Positions 10,939 to 19,386 of a stretch of DNA of 64,000 bases are shown piece after piece. The position numbers and the translations under genes are program-made. The DNA lies in NCBI RefSeq assembly GCF_049608145.1, contig NZ_JBMYXF010000011.1:3955-67954 (forward strand). The letters run 5' to 3'. The stretch is from Halocynthiibacter sp. GTDB lineage: Bacteria > Pseudomonadota > Alphaproteobacteria > Rhodobacterales > Rhodobacteraceae. Within the stretch, counting starts at the first letter, position 1; each line of letters begins with the position of its first letter. Below the pieces are notes generated by a model. It worked only from the letters and a program-made list of their open reading frames with translations. It did no database searches and was not told the origin of the DNA.

Positions 10939-11598
10939 TTACTCCGCCTGCGTTTCAAATAGGTCCATAAAGCAACGTTTTAGGGCCACATCCACATCAT
11001 CCATCGTCACGGGGAGGCCAAGATCCACAAGGCTTGTAACGCCATGTTCCGTGATGCCACAGGGGACAATACCACTGAAATGCTCTAGGTCGGGTTCCAC
11101 ATTGATCGAAATTCCGTGAAAGCTGATCCATTTGCGCAGACGTACACCAATGGCTGCGATTTTGTCTTCTTGCAGTGCGCCTGTGACTGTCAGTGGTTTG
11201 TCATCTCGCTGCACCCAGACACCAACGCGCCCGTCGCGTTGTTCCCCTTTGACGTTGAATTCGGCAAGGGTTGCGATCACCCAATCCTCTAGCTGTTGAA
11301 CAAACTTACGCACATCGCGCCCACGTTTCGTCAGATCTAGCATAACATAGGCCACGCGTTGCCCCGGGCCATGATAGGTATATTGGCCACCACGCGGGCT
11401 GTCATACACGGGAAAGCGATCTGGATCGGTGAGATCATCGATATTGGCAGAGGTTCCAGCTGTATAAAGCGGGGGATGTTCCAGCAGCCAGATTGCCTCT
11501 TCGGCCTCACCTGCTGCAATTTGGGCAACCCGGTTTTCCATTTCCTGACAGGCGGTTTCATAATCCACCAGCCCGGAAGAAATAATCCATTCCACCAT
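10939..11598 (-). CDS. lipB: Lipoyl(octanoyl) transferase
   Basis: [41 protein letters not shown]. Confidence 0.97.
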   Translation of the reverse strand: MVEWIISSGLVDYETACQEMENRVAQIAAGEAEEAIWLLEHPPLYTAGTSANIDDLTDPDRFPVYDSPRGGQYTYHGPGQRVAYVMLDLTKRGRDVRKFVQQLEDWVIATLAEFNVKGEQRDGRVGVWVQRDDKPLTVTGALQEDKIAAIGVRLRKWISFHGISINVEPDLEHFSGIVPCGITEHGVTSLVDLGLPVTMDDVDVALKRCFMDLFETQAE

Positions 11599-11794
11599 GT
11601 CCTTGCCCCTTGTATCTGTCGCAAGGTCTTTTCTAACGGGCGAAAAGCAGAATGACCATGGGGGGAAATGGGGGAGGGGGTAGCATCATCTGAGCGTATC
11701 CCAGGCGCCAGAATTTTTTATATTCAGGTGTTTTTTCCTCTTCCCTTCCCGGTAAGGCCCAGCTATGAAGCGCGCACAGACTACCTGATCACGT

Positions 11795-11881
11795 GCGGTC
11801 GTGGCGGAATTGGTAGACGCGCAGCGTTGAGGTCGCTGTGGGGTAACACCCGTGGAGGTTCGAGTCCTCTCGACCGCACCA
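11795..11881 (+). tRNA. tRNA-Leu(GAG)
   Basis: Acceptor GCGGTCG/CGACCGC, anticodon arm CAGCG-TTGAGGT-CGCTG, long variable arm, GTTCGAGTC, CCA end. Confidence 0.97.
11868..11881 (+). repeat. attL core TCTCGACCGCACCA
   Basis: Identical to 57935-57948. Confidence 0.9.
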
Positions 11882-11956
11882 GAGTATCACTAAGAAACAC
11901 ACACTAAGCTATATTTTACTGTGTGTTTGCTAGGTTTTTCACCTTGGAACATATGC

Positions 11957-11971
11957 GAACACACATAGAAC
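11957..11971 (+). promoter_or_regulatory. GAAC-N7-GAAC box upstream of integrase (LexA box or Xis-binding repeats)
   Basis: GAAC-acacata-GAAC matches the alphaproteobacterial SOS box. Confidence 0.45.
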
Positions 11972-12041
11972 AATACGTGAAGTTGTGTTTCAATTACGAC
12001 TGAATTACGATTTACGATGACATCGTAATCAGGATTCTAGC

Positions 12042-13010
12042 GTGGCCACATTCAAAAAGCTTACATCGGGGAAGTGGCAAGCACAAATTGCGCGGGCTGG
12101 GGTTCGCCGTGCGAAGAGTTTCCCGACAAAATCAGCCGCCAAAGATTGGGCTGCTAGGCAAGAATATCAGATTTCAGAGGGAACTGACAGGCAGGTCGCG
12201 TCCGGTAGGCTTTGGGATTTGTTTGATCGATATGCACGGGAGGTGTCACCAAAGCGTAAAGGCGCAAGATGGGAAATCGTTCGTTTGGAGCGATTGAAGG
12301 GTGAGGATATTGCTAAAAATTCGTTGGCAGAATTGTCACCTCTGATCTTTTCTAAGTGGCGAGACATGCGGCTGGGTGAGGTTTCGCCGGGATCTGTGAT
12401 CCGGGAAATGAACTTGATGTCTGCGGTGCTAACTGTGGCTCGTAAGGAGTGGGGGTTGATTTCTGTCAATCCGCTTTCTGATGTGCGCAAGCCAGCCAAG
12501 CCGCGCCCGCGAGATCGCCTTTTGAAGCCCGGCGAATTGGATAAGTTGTTGGAGCAAGCTGGTTTTGATCTATCAAGGCAGATAGGTCGCGCCGTTCATG
12601 CGTTTCGTTTTGCAATAGAAACCGGAATGAGGGCTGGGGAAATATTGAGCCTGACCTCTGAATTGGTCGATCTTGAGAAGCGTGTGGCAACTTTGACCGA
12701 TACTAAAAACGGCACTGCGCGAAAGGTGCCTTTGTCGAATGCGGCTGTTGAGCTTTTGAAGTTACTCCCGGACGCTCCGACTTACTTTGATTTGTCGTCA
12801 GCGAACCTTGATGCGCTGTTTCGACGGGCGCGTGATAACGCCAAGATCGAAGGCCTTCGGTTTCATGATAGCCGCCATGAGGCGGTGACACGGTTATCTA
12901 GAAAACTCGATGTGTTAAGCCTTGCACGCATGATCGGCCACAAGGATATCAAGATGCTGCAGGTCTATTATAATGAGAGCGCAGAAGATATTGCGAAGCG
13001 CTTAGATTAA
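12042..13010 (+). CDS. int: Tyrosine recombinase / phage integrase
   Basis: ETGMRAGEI, TKNG, FHDSRHE, IGHKDIKMLQVYY catalytic set. Confidence 0.95.
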   Translation: MATFKKLTSGKWQAQIARAGVRRAKSFPTKSAAKDWAARQEYQISEGTDRQVASGRLWDLFDRYAREVSPKRKGARWEIVRLERLKGEDIAKNSLAELSPLIFSKWRDMRLGEVSPGSVIREMNLMSAVLTVARKEWGLISVNPLSDVRKPAKPRPRDRLLKPGELDKLLEQAGFDLSRQIGRAVHAFRFAIETGMRAGEILSLTSELVDLEKRVATLTDTKNGTARKVPLSNAAVELLKLLPDAPTYFDLSSANLDALFRRARDNAKIEGLRFHDSRHEAVTRLSRKLDVLSLARMIGHKDIKMLQVYYNESAEDIAKRLD

Positions 13011-13256
13011 GGCGCTTCGCGGAATCAGGATCTTGGATCCGGCACGTTGGCTGTCAATTTTCCCTTTGCTAACCCATTGCCGCACAGTGGCTTCTGTCAC
13101 GCGTTTAACCTTCGCAGCTTCTGCGACAGTCAAGAGATCGCTGCTGTGTTCGCCGGTTAATGTGTCGACTTTCTCAGATAGCTCTAAAATTTTTGCCAAA
13201 AGCGGAGCGTTGGCCGCCATGACGGCTTCTTTCATTTCGTCTTGAAATGCACTCAT
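13002..13256 (-). CDS. Excisionase-like HTH protein
   Basis: LLTVAEAAKVKRVTEATVRQWVSKGKI; convergent on int. Confidence 0.8.
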   Translation of the reverse strand: MSAFQDEMKEAVMAANAPLLAKILELSEKVDTLTGEHSSDLLTVAEAAKVKRVTEATVRQWVSKGKIDSQRAGSKILIPRSALI

Positions 13257-13495
13257 CTTAATAGCTCCATTTCGTCATTGCCTTGGTGCTGTTTTGGTTC
13301 GAGCCTTTTCTGATCGTCCCATGGTGTTGCGGGCATTGTAACCGCTGTTCCGCGTTGGTGCCGTGACACAGCTTGCATTGATGCAAGTGTCGCGCCGGGT
13401 TTGCGTGGCTCTCTTGGCGGTCTGAGCGTGTGTTGCTTGGGCGTTCCTGATATCCGGTTCATAGGGCCGTTGAAAAGAATTGGTTTGTCAGTCAT
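13253..13495 (-). CDS. Phage hypothetical protein, possibly truncated
   Basis: Overlap-coupled ORF beginning MTDKPILFNGPM. Confidence 0.45.
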   Translation of the reverse strand: MTDKPILFNGPMNRISGTPKQHTLRPPREPRKPGATLASMQAVSRHQRGTAVTMPATPWDDQKRLEPKQHQGNDEMELLR

Positions 13496-13697
13496 TGGGG
13501 GTGCCCTTGTCTATGATTTCAAGGCTGAAACGAAAAGGTTCTGTTACCTTGGTCAATATGGTGCGGGTTGTTTTGATTAGGACGCGGTGGCCGTCGCACT
13601 TGTTGCAGGGATTTTCGGCTGTCACGCCATCGAAATGACTTCGCGTCCTGTTAGCCCCGCTGCCCTTGCAGAGATCGCAAATGATATAGTCGTGCAT
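13488..13697 (-). CDS. Small zinc-finger protein
   Basis: CDLCKGSG...CNKCDG (DnaJ-like CxxCxGxG); RBS present. Confidence 0.65.
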   Translation of the reverse strand: MHDYIICDLCKGSGANRTRSHFDGVTAENPCNKCDGHRVLIKTTRTILTKVTEPFRFSLEIIDKGTPND

Positions 13698-13745
13698 GTT
13701 GCTTCCTCTGTTAAGCTTGTGGATGAGCGCGGGGCGATGGATTGC

Positions 13746-14282
13746 CTATGTGCTGGCCGGTTTTGAAATTTGTTGGCGCAGATCCTCTAGGTCAATGAAG
13801 TCATCTGCGCTGCGGCGTAACTGGTCTGAACAAAGGCTTCCGTTCTTAATGGTCGAGACCATGGTCACACGCGTGCCGCGCTCTTGCAGGGCCGTGATCA
13901 GAGGGGCAAAGTCAGCGTTGCCCGTTAGAATAACCACATGATCAAGGTGCTCAGCATGCTTAAGCGCATAGCAAGTCATCAAAACACTGGCATTTCCACG
14001 ATACTGGATCTCACCATCGCTGCCTGTGAAGCTTCGTGTTTGGATGGTTTGTACGTCGAAGCCATTGTACTGCAACCAATCAAACGTTTTGCGCTGGGGG
14101 TTGAACTCGTCAGGGTCGTGATCATTGACTGTTGCAAAGTATTGGACGCGATTTAGGCGACCTTTAGATGCGAATAGGTCTCGCAGGGCTTTGTAATCAA
14201 TCCGCAAATCCATAGCGCGTACAGTTTGATAAAGGCTGTAGCCGTCAATAAACAAGCCTATGCGTTCGGTGTTGTAAAACAT
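13746..14282 (-). CDS. NYN (LabA/DUF88) domain protein with degenerate active site
   Basis: MFYNTERIGLFIDG, DWLQYNGF, LDHVVILTGNADFAPLI..LQERGTRV, LRRSADDFIDL; RBS AAGGA. Confidence 0.85.
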   Translation of the reverse strand: MFYNTERIGLFIDGYSLYQTVRAMDLRIDYKALRDLFASKGRLNRVQYFATVNDHDPDEFNPQRKTFDWLQYNGFDVQTIQTRSFTGSDGEIQYRGNASVLMTCYALKHAEHLDHVVILTGNADFAPLITALQERGTRVTMVSTIKNGSLCSDQLRRSADDFIDLEDLRQQISKPAST

Positions 14283-14399
14283 ATCAATTCCTTGATTTAA
14301 AAGGGCAGGAGGCATGAACAGAAAGCTCTCTGCCAGTGGTCTGGAGGCCGGGAAAGTTTCCTCCTGGATGTGAGGGTTGGAATTCCGGATGGCACGGAT

Positions 14400-14453
14400 G
14401 TTTTGGTACATGTAAAATGTACTGTCAATAACTTTAGTACAAAATAAATGTAC
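14400..14453 (-). promoter_or_regulatory. Early leftward promoter PL with two repressor operators
   Basis: TTGACA on minus strand at 14423-14428; GTACA-N7-TGTAC at 14406-14422 and 14437-14453. Confidence 0.8.
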
Positions 14454-14611
14454 TTTTCGGATTTTCAGTTGATGAAGATCATAGGTGTTGCAGGAAATTA
14501 AAGTGCATTTACGGCGTGCTTTTTTGAAGCTTATAGGTTGGCCGTGAGTGCTTCATTTGATTGATCAAGGATGCTCACGCTACACAAAAATAGACATTAG
14601 GTGTTACAGGA

Positions 14612-15334
14612 ATGGCAAAATTAGTAGACTGTAAAATTTGCAGTAAAGAGGTTTCATCAAAGGCGAAAAACTGCCCTCATTGTGGGCAGAAATTACGATC
14701 AGGTGCCTTTGTTACAATCCTTAAATGGATAGGTATCATTTTGGTTGCTCTAACCGTATTGGGGCTCATTTTGCCCGATCCTGAGGAAGAAACTCAAGCC
14801 TCGCGGGCAATTGATACTCAAGATGTAATTGATGTGGAGCAGCTAGAGCCCGTTGGGGTGGAAGACATTAGGCCTCAATCTCAGATCGATATACTATTGG
14901 CTGTGGATGCTGCAAGATCTGCAGCTAGGCTGGCGGCAAATGATATGCAGAAGGGTGCGGCTTTGGCAGAAAGATCAGCCGCTTTTTGCAATGCCCTTCC
15001 TGGAGGTAAGCGGATTAGTGACTGGACGGGTGAGATTTATAGCATCTCGGCTAATGGTGATGGAAAGGGAGTCTTGGTTGTAACTGTCGGGGATGACGTT
15101 TGGGCTTCGACATGGAATAATGCGCTTTCCGACATTGGAACAAACTCCCTTATTGAGCCAGGGACCGATCTGTTTGCGTCTGTTAGCGCTATGTCTCCCG
15201 GGGATGCTGTGCGATTTTCAGGTGAGTTCTTTACTGACGCTGAGACATGTATGAGTATGCACAACCTCTTTTTTGACGGAAAAATTACCGATCCTGAGTT
15301 TGTATTTAGATTCTCATCAGTGGAAGCTCTCTAG
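14612..15334 (+). CDS. Zinc-ribbon membrane protein with periplasmic domain (moron)
   Basis: CKIC...CPHCG, one TM helix, C-terminal beta-rich domain; own terminator. Confidence 0.75.
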   Translation: MAKLVDCKICSKEVSSKAKNCPHCGQKLRSGAFVTILKWIGIILVALTVLGLILPDPEEETQASRAIDTQDVIDVEQLEPVGVEDIRPQSQIDILLAVDAARSAARLAANDMQKGAALAERSAAFCNALPGGKRISDWTGEIYSISANGDGKGVLVVTVGDDVWASTWNNALSDIGTNSLIEPGTDLFASVSAMSPGDAVRFSGEFFTDAETCMSMHNLFFDGKITDPEFVFRFSSVEAL

Positions 15335-15362
15335 TAAATACTTTAAATGATGCCTTTGTGTG

Positions 15363-15400
15363 GGTGGCGTACCGGTGAGTGGTACGCCGCCTCTTTTTTC
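15363..15400 (+). terminator. Rho-independent terminator
   Basis: GGTGGCGTACC-ggtgagt-GGTACGCCGCC followed by TCTTTTTTC. Confidence 0.8.
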
Positions 15401-15417
15401 TTTCTGCGCGCCTTGTT

Positions 15418-15432
15418 GTTCCCTGAATGTTC
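15418..15432 (+). promoter_or_regulatory. Putative LexA (SOS) box
   Basis: GTTC-cctgaat-GTTC, the alphaproteobacterial GTTC-N7-GTTC consensus. Confidence 0.55.
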
Positions 15433-15580
15433 CCATATGGATATCTTGCAAATCGAGAAAGCGGCTCGGCAATAGTCTTGAGCGCCTCGTCACCTATTCC
15501 GCAAGGCGGTATTAACTAGGGAATATTGGGGGCGGTAATGTACGCGATTGCAGTTTATTTCGTAAAATACGGCATTAATA

Positions 15581-15913
15581 TCAATTGGTTGTTTGATCCA
15601 GTTCATTGTGCACGTCTTGCAATTTTTCGAAGAGACGATCCTGGACATCCGAAGGCAGTTGAGAGAACTGACCGTAGATAAGAAAATTAAAATCGATCCT
15701 GTGTTCACGAAAAAAGTACATCATTAATGATCGTGATGGGAGGGACCTTGCCTTCTCTACGTTGTTGATGGCCGCTTTTTTGACACCTGCGTTGGCACCT
15801 ACATCTTCTTGGCTATTTCCTGTGTATAGGCGTGCCGCCTTTGCGCGAATTGAGGATGCTTTGGCATCTCCATTACCGGTTAAGGCGAGGCGTTCTTTTT
15901 CTGCATAATCCAT
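15581..15913 (-). CDS. CI-like XRE HTH repressor without peptidase domain
   Basis: RAKAARLYTGNSQEDVGANAGVKKAAINNVEKARSLPS; divergent from cro-like gene. Confidence 0.8.
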   Translation of the reverse strand: MDYAEKERLALTGNGDAKASSIRAKAARLYTGNSQEDVGANAGVKKAAINNVEKARSLPSRSLMMYFFREHRIDFNFLIYGQFSQLPSDVQDRLFEKLQDVHNELDQTTN

Positions 15914-15931
15914 ATCTAAAGACACCATATA

Positions 15932-15995
15932 GTACATAAAAAGTGAACATATCTATTTTGTACCGGTTGACAGTACATAATATATGTACCAACTT
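15932..15995 (+). promoter_or_regulatory. Early rightward promoter PR with operators
   Basis: TTGACA 15967-15972 followed by GTACA-N7-TGTAC 15973-15989; near match GTACA-N7-TGAAC 15932-15948. Confidence 0.8.
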
Positions 15996-16002
15996 GCGCA
16001 TC

Positions 16003-16254
16003 ATGACTGATGTTGGAAATATATGTAATAGAATTGGCCGCATAGCGTTGGCCGAGGGGCTTGGAGTTTCCAGGGCTTCTGTAACCAACGCCATTGCTGC
16101 AGATTGCTTCCCTGCGTCTTGGCGCGATGTCGTTGAGGAGCTCTGTGAGCCGCATGGCGTAAAAACGGACTGCCCAGAATTTAAGCGTTTGTTTGCAATG
16201 AAGCCTTCTAAACTTCACAACGGCATAGCACCTGCTTGCGTAGGTACGGCTTGA
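16003..16254 (+). CDS. Cro-like protein
   Basis: IGRIALAEGLGVSRASVTNA..FPASW; position after PR. Confidence 0.75.
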   Translation: MTDVGNICNRIGRIALAEGLGVSRASVTNAIAADCFPASWRDVVEELCEPHGVKTDCPEFKRLFAMKPSKLHNGIAPACVGTA

Positions 16255-16332
16255 TGTCTGATATCGTTCGTTCTGTTTCATGTTTTCACTATGCTGCTTC
16301 ACAGTGTTCCTGCATAGGAAACGGGGTTTCTG

Positions 16333-16791
16333 ATGCCTGACCTCCGCAAAATCTCACGCGCAAATATGAAATCCATCGTTGATTGGTTCGGCTGTTTTGA
16401 TGCGGTTGCGGAAACCATCAATGCCCGCTGGGGTGGTGGCGCAAGTAAAGGCACGATCAGCAAAAAGGCATCCGGCGTGCTGGATTGGACCGTGGCTGAT
16501 GTGATTGCGCTGGAGGATGCTTCTGGGCGCTTTCCTGTGACGCGTTTGATGCAGCGGCGGTTGGAAGGTCGCCTTGTGATGGCTGAGGGTTGTCTCGTGG
16601 CGCAGTCGGGGATCATCGCGAAGGAAAGCGGCGAGGCCATTTCGGCCATTCTTTCCGCAGAGCAATCAAGTTGCGCCAATGAAAAGGCGCAAGCAATCAC
16701 TGAAATTGACGAAGCTATGTTGGCTTTACAGCAAGCCCGAAACCGCTTGGAGGGGCCGGTAAATCTTGCGGCCCCCGGGAGCGATCAATGA
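16333..16791 (+). CDS. CII-like phage regulatory protein
   Basis: HTH-like SKGTISKK, IAKESGEAISA, EIDEA; position after cro. Confidence 0.6.
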   Translation: MPDLRKISRANMKSIVDWFGCFDAVAETINARWGGGASKGTISKKASGVLDWTVADVIALEDASGRFPVTRLMQRRLEGRLVMAEGCLVAQSGIIAKESGEAISAILSAEQSSCANEKAQAITEIDEAMLALQQARNRLEGPVNLAAPGSDQ

Positions 16792-16887
16792 TCAAGTCCG
16801 GTGATTATCCCATTCGTTGTGACGATGAAGAAGGCATCTTCAATAATGTTGAAGTCTTGCCGTTGGTAGATCTGATGGAGGGTTCCA

Positions 16888-17205
16888 ATGACTGATCCCC
16901 GCGCCGCATTTTTTTCCTTGGCTTCGACCTGTGCTTTGAAAGCTAAGGTCAGCAAGCTTTCGGTTCGGGATCGTCTGAAGCTTGCTGAAATGTCGATTGT
17001 TTCGATGCGCGATGAGGTCGAGTGCATGGAGGCGCTTTCTGATTTTATCGATCACGTGACCGATAATCCGGTTTCTGCGGCAGAGCGGTTCCAATCTGAT
17101 TTGGAGCATTTGTTTCCGAATGATGATCCGCGCCGACCAGAAAGGGTTCTGGACGAAATTGAGCAAGAGCGCCACGACTGGCAAGACCGGGCGGATCTGC
17201 AATGA
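16888..17205 (+). CDS. Phage hypothetical protein
   Basis: RBS GGAGGG; ends WQDRADLQ; ATGA-coupled to next gene. Confidence 0.65.
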   Translation: MTDPRAAFFSLASTCALKAKVSKLSVRDRLKLAEMSIVSMRDEVECMEALSDFIDHVTDNPVSAAERFQSDLEHLFPNDDPRRPERVLDEIEQERHDWQDRADLQ

Positions 17206-17393
17206 GCGGGGTTCGCCGCAACGGCGATGACGTTACCGTCACGTTGACAGCTGACCAGGCATTCACTTTGCGCGTGGCATTGAAGCCGGTGCGTGTTGGG
17301 GAAACCACAAGCACAGCGACACAAAAATTCCGAGACCGCCTTGATAAAGCCTTGGCACGTGCTCTTGGTGACAACTGGAAACGGGGGCGCTGA
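17202..17393 (+). CDS. Phage hypothetical protein
   Basis: Coupled to both neighbours by overlapping start/stop. Confidence 0.6.
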   Translation: MSGVRRNGDDVTVTLTADQAFTLRVALKPVRVGETTSTATQKFRDRLDKALARALGDNWKRGR

Positions 17394-18511
17394 TGGATTA
17401 TCAAGATGATCCGCGCCTGCTTGAGGTCAAGGCAATCCCAATGGTTGAGATGATCGACCGCTTGGGCATTGTTGGACTTAAATCTATGGGGCAAGAGCGC
17501 ATCGGGCCTTGTCCTTTGTGTGGTGGTCGTGACCGGTTCGCAATCAACATTCAATCAAGTGCTTTCTTGTGCCGGAAATGCGGGATTGCGGGCGGCGATC
17601 AAGTCGGCCTGGTGATGGCTGTTCTCGGTCTGGATTTCAAAGGGGCGCTGACTGCTATGTGCGGTAATGCGCCGGCTGAAATCGATCCGGCTGAAATGGA
17701 ACGTCGACGTGCGAAAGCTGCGGAAGCGGATCGCAAGCAGAAACAGCAGCAGGAAGATTATCGCCGCCGTTCTATTGAGGTTGCGCTTGGCACGTGGAAT
17801 TCAGCGGAAAACGGGCATGATGGCCTTGTCCCTGCCTATCTGGCTGCACGCGGCATCGATGTTGATGATTTGCCGATCGGTATGCCGGATGCGCTGCGCT
17901 TCATTGATGATCATCCATACGTCAAAAAGATCAACGGCAAGAATGAGGTCGTGCATCGCGGGCCTTGCATGATTGCGGGCATCTTAAACCCGCGTGACGA
18001 ATTAACCGCAGTTCATCAAACGTGGATCGATCCGCAAGCGCTGCATGGCAAGGCATCGATCACATGGCATGGTGAAGATATGCCCGCAAAGATGGTGCGC
18101 GGTTCTAAGAAGTCTGGCGCGATCCGCCTGTCTGAGCCGAAGGGCTTTGATACGCTGGTGATGGGCGAGGGGATTGAAACCACGCTGACCGCGATGCTGG
18201 CTGTTCCGTTTCCGGGGGCTGCTTATTGGGCGGGCGTGGACCTGGGCAATATGTCCGGAAAAATGCAGAAGATCAAAGGCCAGCGTTATTCCGGCCTGCC
18301 GGATATGGACGACCTTGATGCCTTTGTGCCGCCGCCCTGGGTGAAGCGCCTTTACTTCATCATGGACGGTGACAGCGAACCCAATATGACACATGCAAAA
18401 CTGATGTCTGGCTTGCTTCGAGCGATGACTGTTGTTCCCGGCCTGCGCGGTGGGATCGTCAAGGCCGGGCCGGGGGTTGATTTGAATGATATGCTGGTGG
18501 GGGCTGAATGA
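17393..18511 (+). CDS. P4 alpha-type zinc-finger/Toprim primase
   Basis: GPCPLCGGRDRF...CRKC, YLAARGI, MGEGIETTL, MDGD, GVDLND. Confidence 0.85.
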   Translation: MDYQDDPRLLEVKAIPMVEMIDRLGIVGLKSMGQERIGPCPLCGGRDRFAINIQSSAFLCRKCGIAGGDQVGLVMAVLGLDFKGALTAMCGNAPAEIDPAEMERRRAKAAEADRKQKQQQEDYRRRSIEVALGTWNSAENGHDGLVPAYLAARGIDVDDLPIGMPDALRFIDDHPYVKKINGKNEVVHRGPCMIAGILNPRDELTAVHQTWIDPQALHGKASITWHGEDMPAKMVRGSKKSGAIRLSEPKGFDTLVMGEGIETTLTAMLAVPFPGAAYWAGVDLGNMSGKMQKIKGQRYSGLPDMDDLDAFVPPPWVKRLYFIMDGDSEPNMTHAKLMSGLLRAMTVVPGLRGGIVKAGPGVDLNDMLVGAE

Positions 18512-18512
18512 C

Positions 18513-18818
18513 TTACATCCCCACAGCGGCGCGCAACATTTCATTTGCACGTGATTGCCAGCCTTTGCCGCTGTCTTTTAGTGCTTTGACTAAATCGGCA
18601 TCCAAGCGGATTGACACAGCCTGTTTTGGGTTGTCCAAAGCAGGGCGGCCCCGGCGCTTTATCTCAGCGCCAATCTTCGCGGCTAACTCGGGGCAAGCCT
18701 CCGAAAGCGGACGGGACAGGGACAGTTCTTCGTCTGTCAGTTCCGGGCTATCGGCGTTATCCCAATCTGCTTTTGTGTATCCGTGTTTTGCGGCATGTGC
18801 CGGGTCAAACTCTGGCAT
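18513..18818 (-). CDS. brnA: BrnA antitoxin
   Basis: DSPELTDEE, RRGRP..K.AVSIRLDADLV..LK.SGKGWQSRANEMLR. Confidence 0.92.
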   Translation of the reverse strand: MPEFDPAHAAKHGYTKADWDNADSPELTDEELSLSRPLSEACPELAAKIGAEIKRRGRPALDNPKQAVSIRLDADLVKALKDSGKGWQSRANEMLRAAVGM

Positions 18819-19065
18819 ATTCTTCCCTTTCCTTTTTGCTGGCGGGGCGCATGGAGATCACCGAGATGGCTTCTGTGCCCAGTTCAGCGAAGATGGCCAC
18901 GATGGTGCCATCGTCCAGCTTACCAATGGCAAACTTGCGATTGTCGCGGCTGTCACCAATATGTGCGGCCTCAAAGAATTCAAGCGTCAGATCAGCGAAG
19001 TCAAAGCCGTGCTTGGCTTTGTTCATCTGCCGTTTCGGCTCGTCCCATGTGATCAATGTTTCCAT
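18805..19065 (-). CDS. brnT: BrnT ribonuclease toxin
   Basis: WDEPKRQMNKAKHGFDF, ISMRPASKKER..Y. Confidence 0.92.
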   Translation of the reverse strand: METLITWDEPKRQMNKAKHGFDFADLTLEFFEAAHIGDSRDNRKFAIGKLDDGTIVAIFAELGTEAISVISMRPASKKEREEYARV

Positions 19066-19072
19066 ATATACT

Positions 19073-19120
19073 GTATATACATTAAATGCAGTACCTGCAA
19101 TAGCGTATATACATTAAATG
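19073..19120. promoter_or_regulatory. Probable brnTA operator: two 16-bp direct repeats
   Basis: GTATATACATTAAATG at 19073-19088 and 19105-19120, each containing palindrome GTATATAC. Confidence 0.7.
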
Positions 19121-19262
19121 GTGTCGTTCCGATATTGACTAATGCACTTGAAGCAGGCAATGTGACCGTGCAGCAGGGGAAATGCTCTGTTGTCGGGATT
19201 GGCGTCCTGTCTATACGTAGGTGCTCTGCTAGCCGCGCCGAAACTCGACGCGGCTTAAATTA

Positions 19263-19340
19263 TGGTCAGATGCGCAGGAGAACCCTCGGGTTCGCCGTTC
19301 CTACGGGCGGTAACGCCAATCCTGTGTCATCTGGCCACCA
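19263..19340 (+). ncRNA. c4-type (P1 C4 / P4 CI-like) antisense RNA
   Basis: Terminal stem TGGTCAGATG/CATCTGGCCA plus 3' CCA; internal TCCTACG and ACGCCAAT complementary to upstream and downstream target pairs. Confidence 0.85.
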
Positions 19341-19386
19341 GAGATTGGCGTCTCGGCGGTCGGTTAAATCCAACCGTAGGAGGCCT

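Noticed and set aside
14283-14411. N-terminal extension of the NYN ORF
   Set aside because: The upstream ATG lies inside the operator/promoter; RBS and family N-terminus indicate a start at 14282
14406-14453. GTACA-N7-TGTAC as LexA boxes
   Set aside because: It is a palindrome confined to PL/PR, whereas the alphaproteobacterial LexA box is a direct repeat; better explained as CI operators
19263-19340. tRNA gene
   Set aside because: Has a stem and CCA end but no T-loop GTTC or D-loop consensus; loops match flanking targets as in c4 RNA
18508-19386. 363-aa ORF as a genuine functional protein
   Set aside because: Most of it is the antisense of clear brnA/brnT genes and the c4 RNA; only the last 70 codons have an RBS. 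Kept only as an open-frame observation
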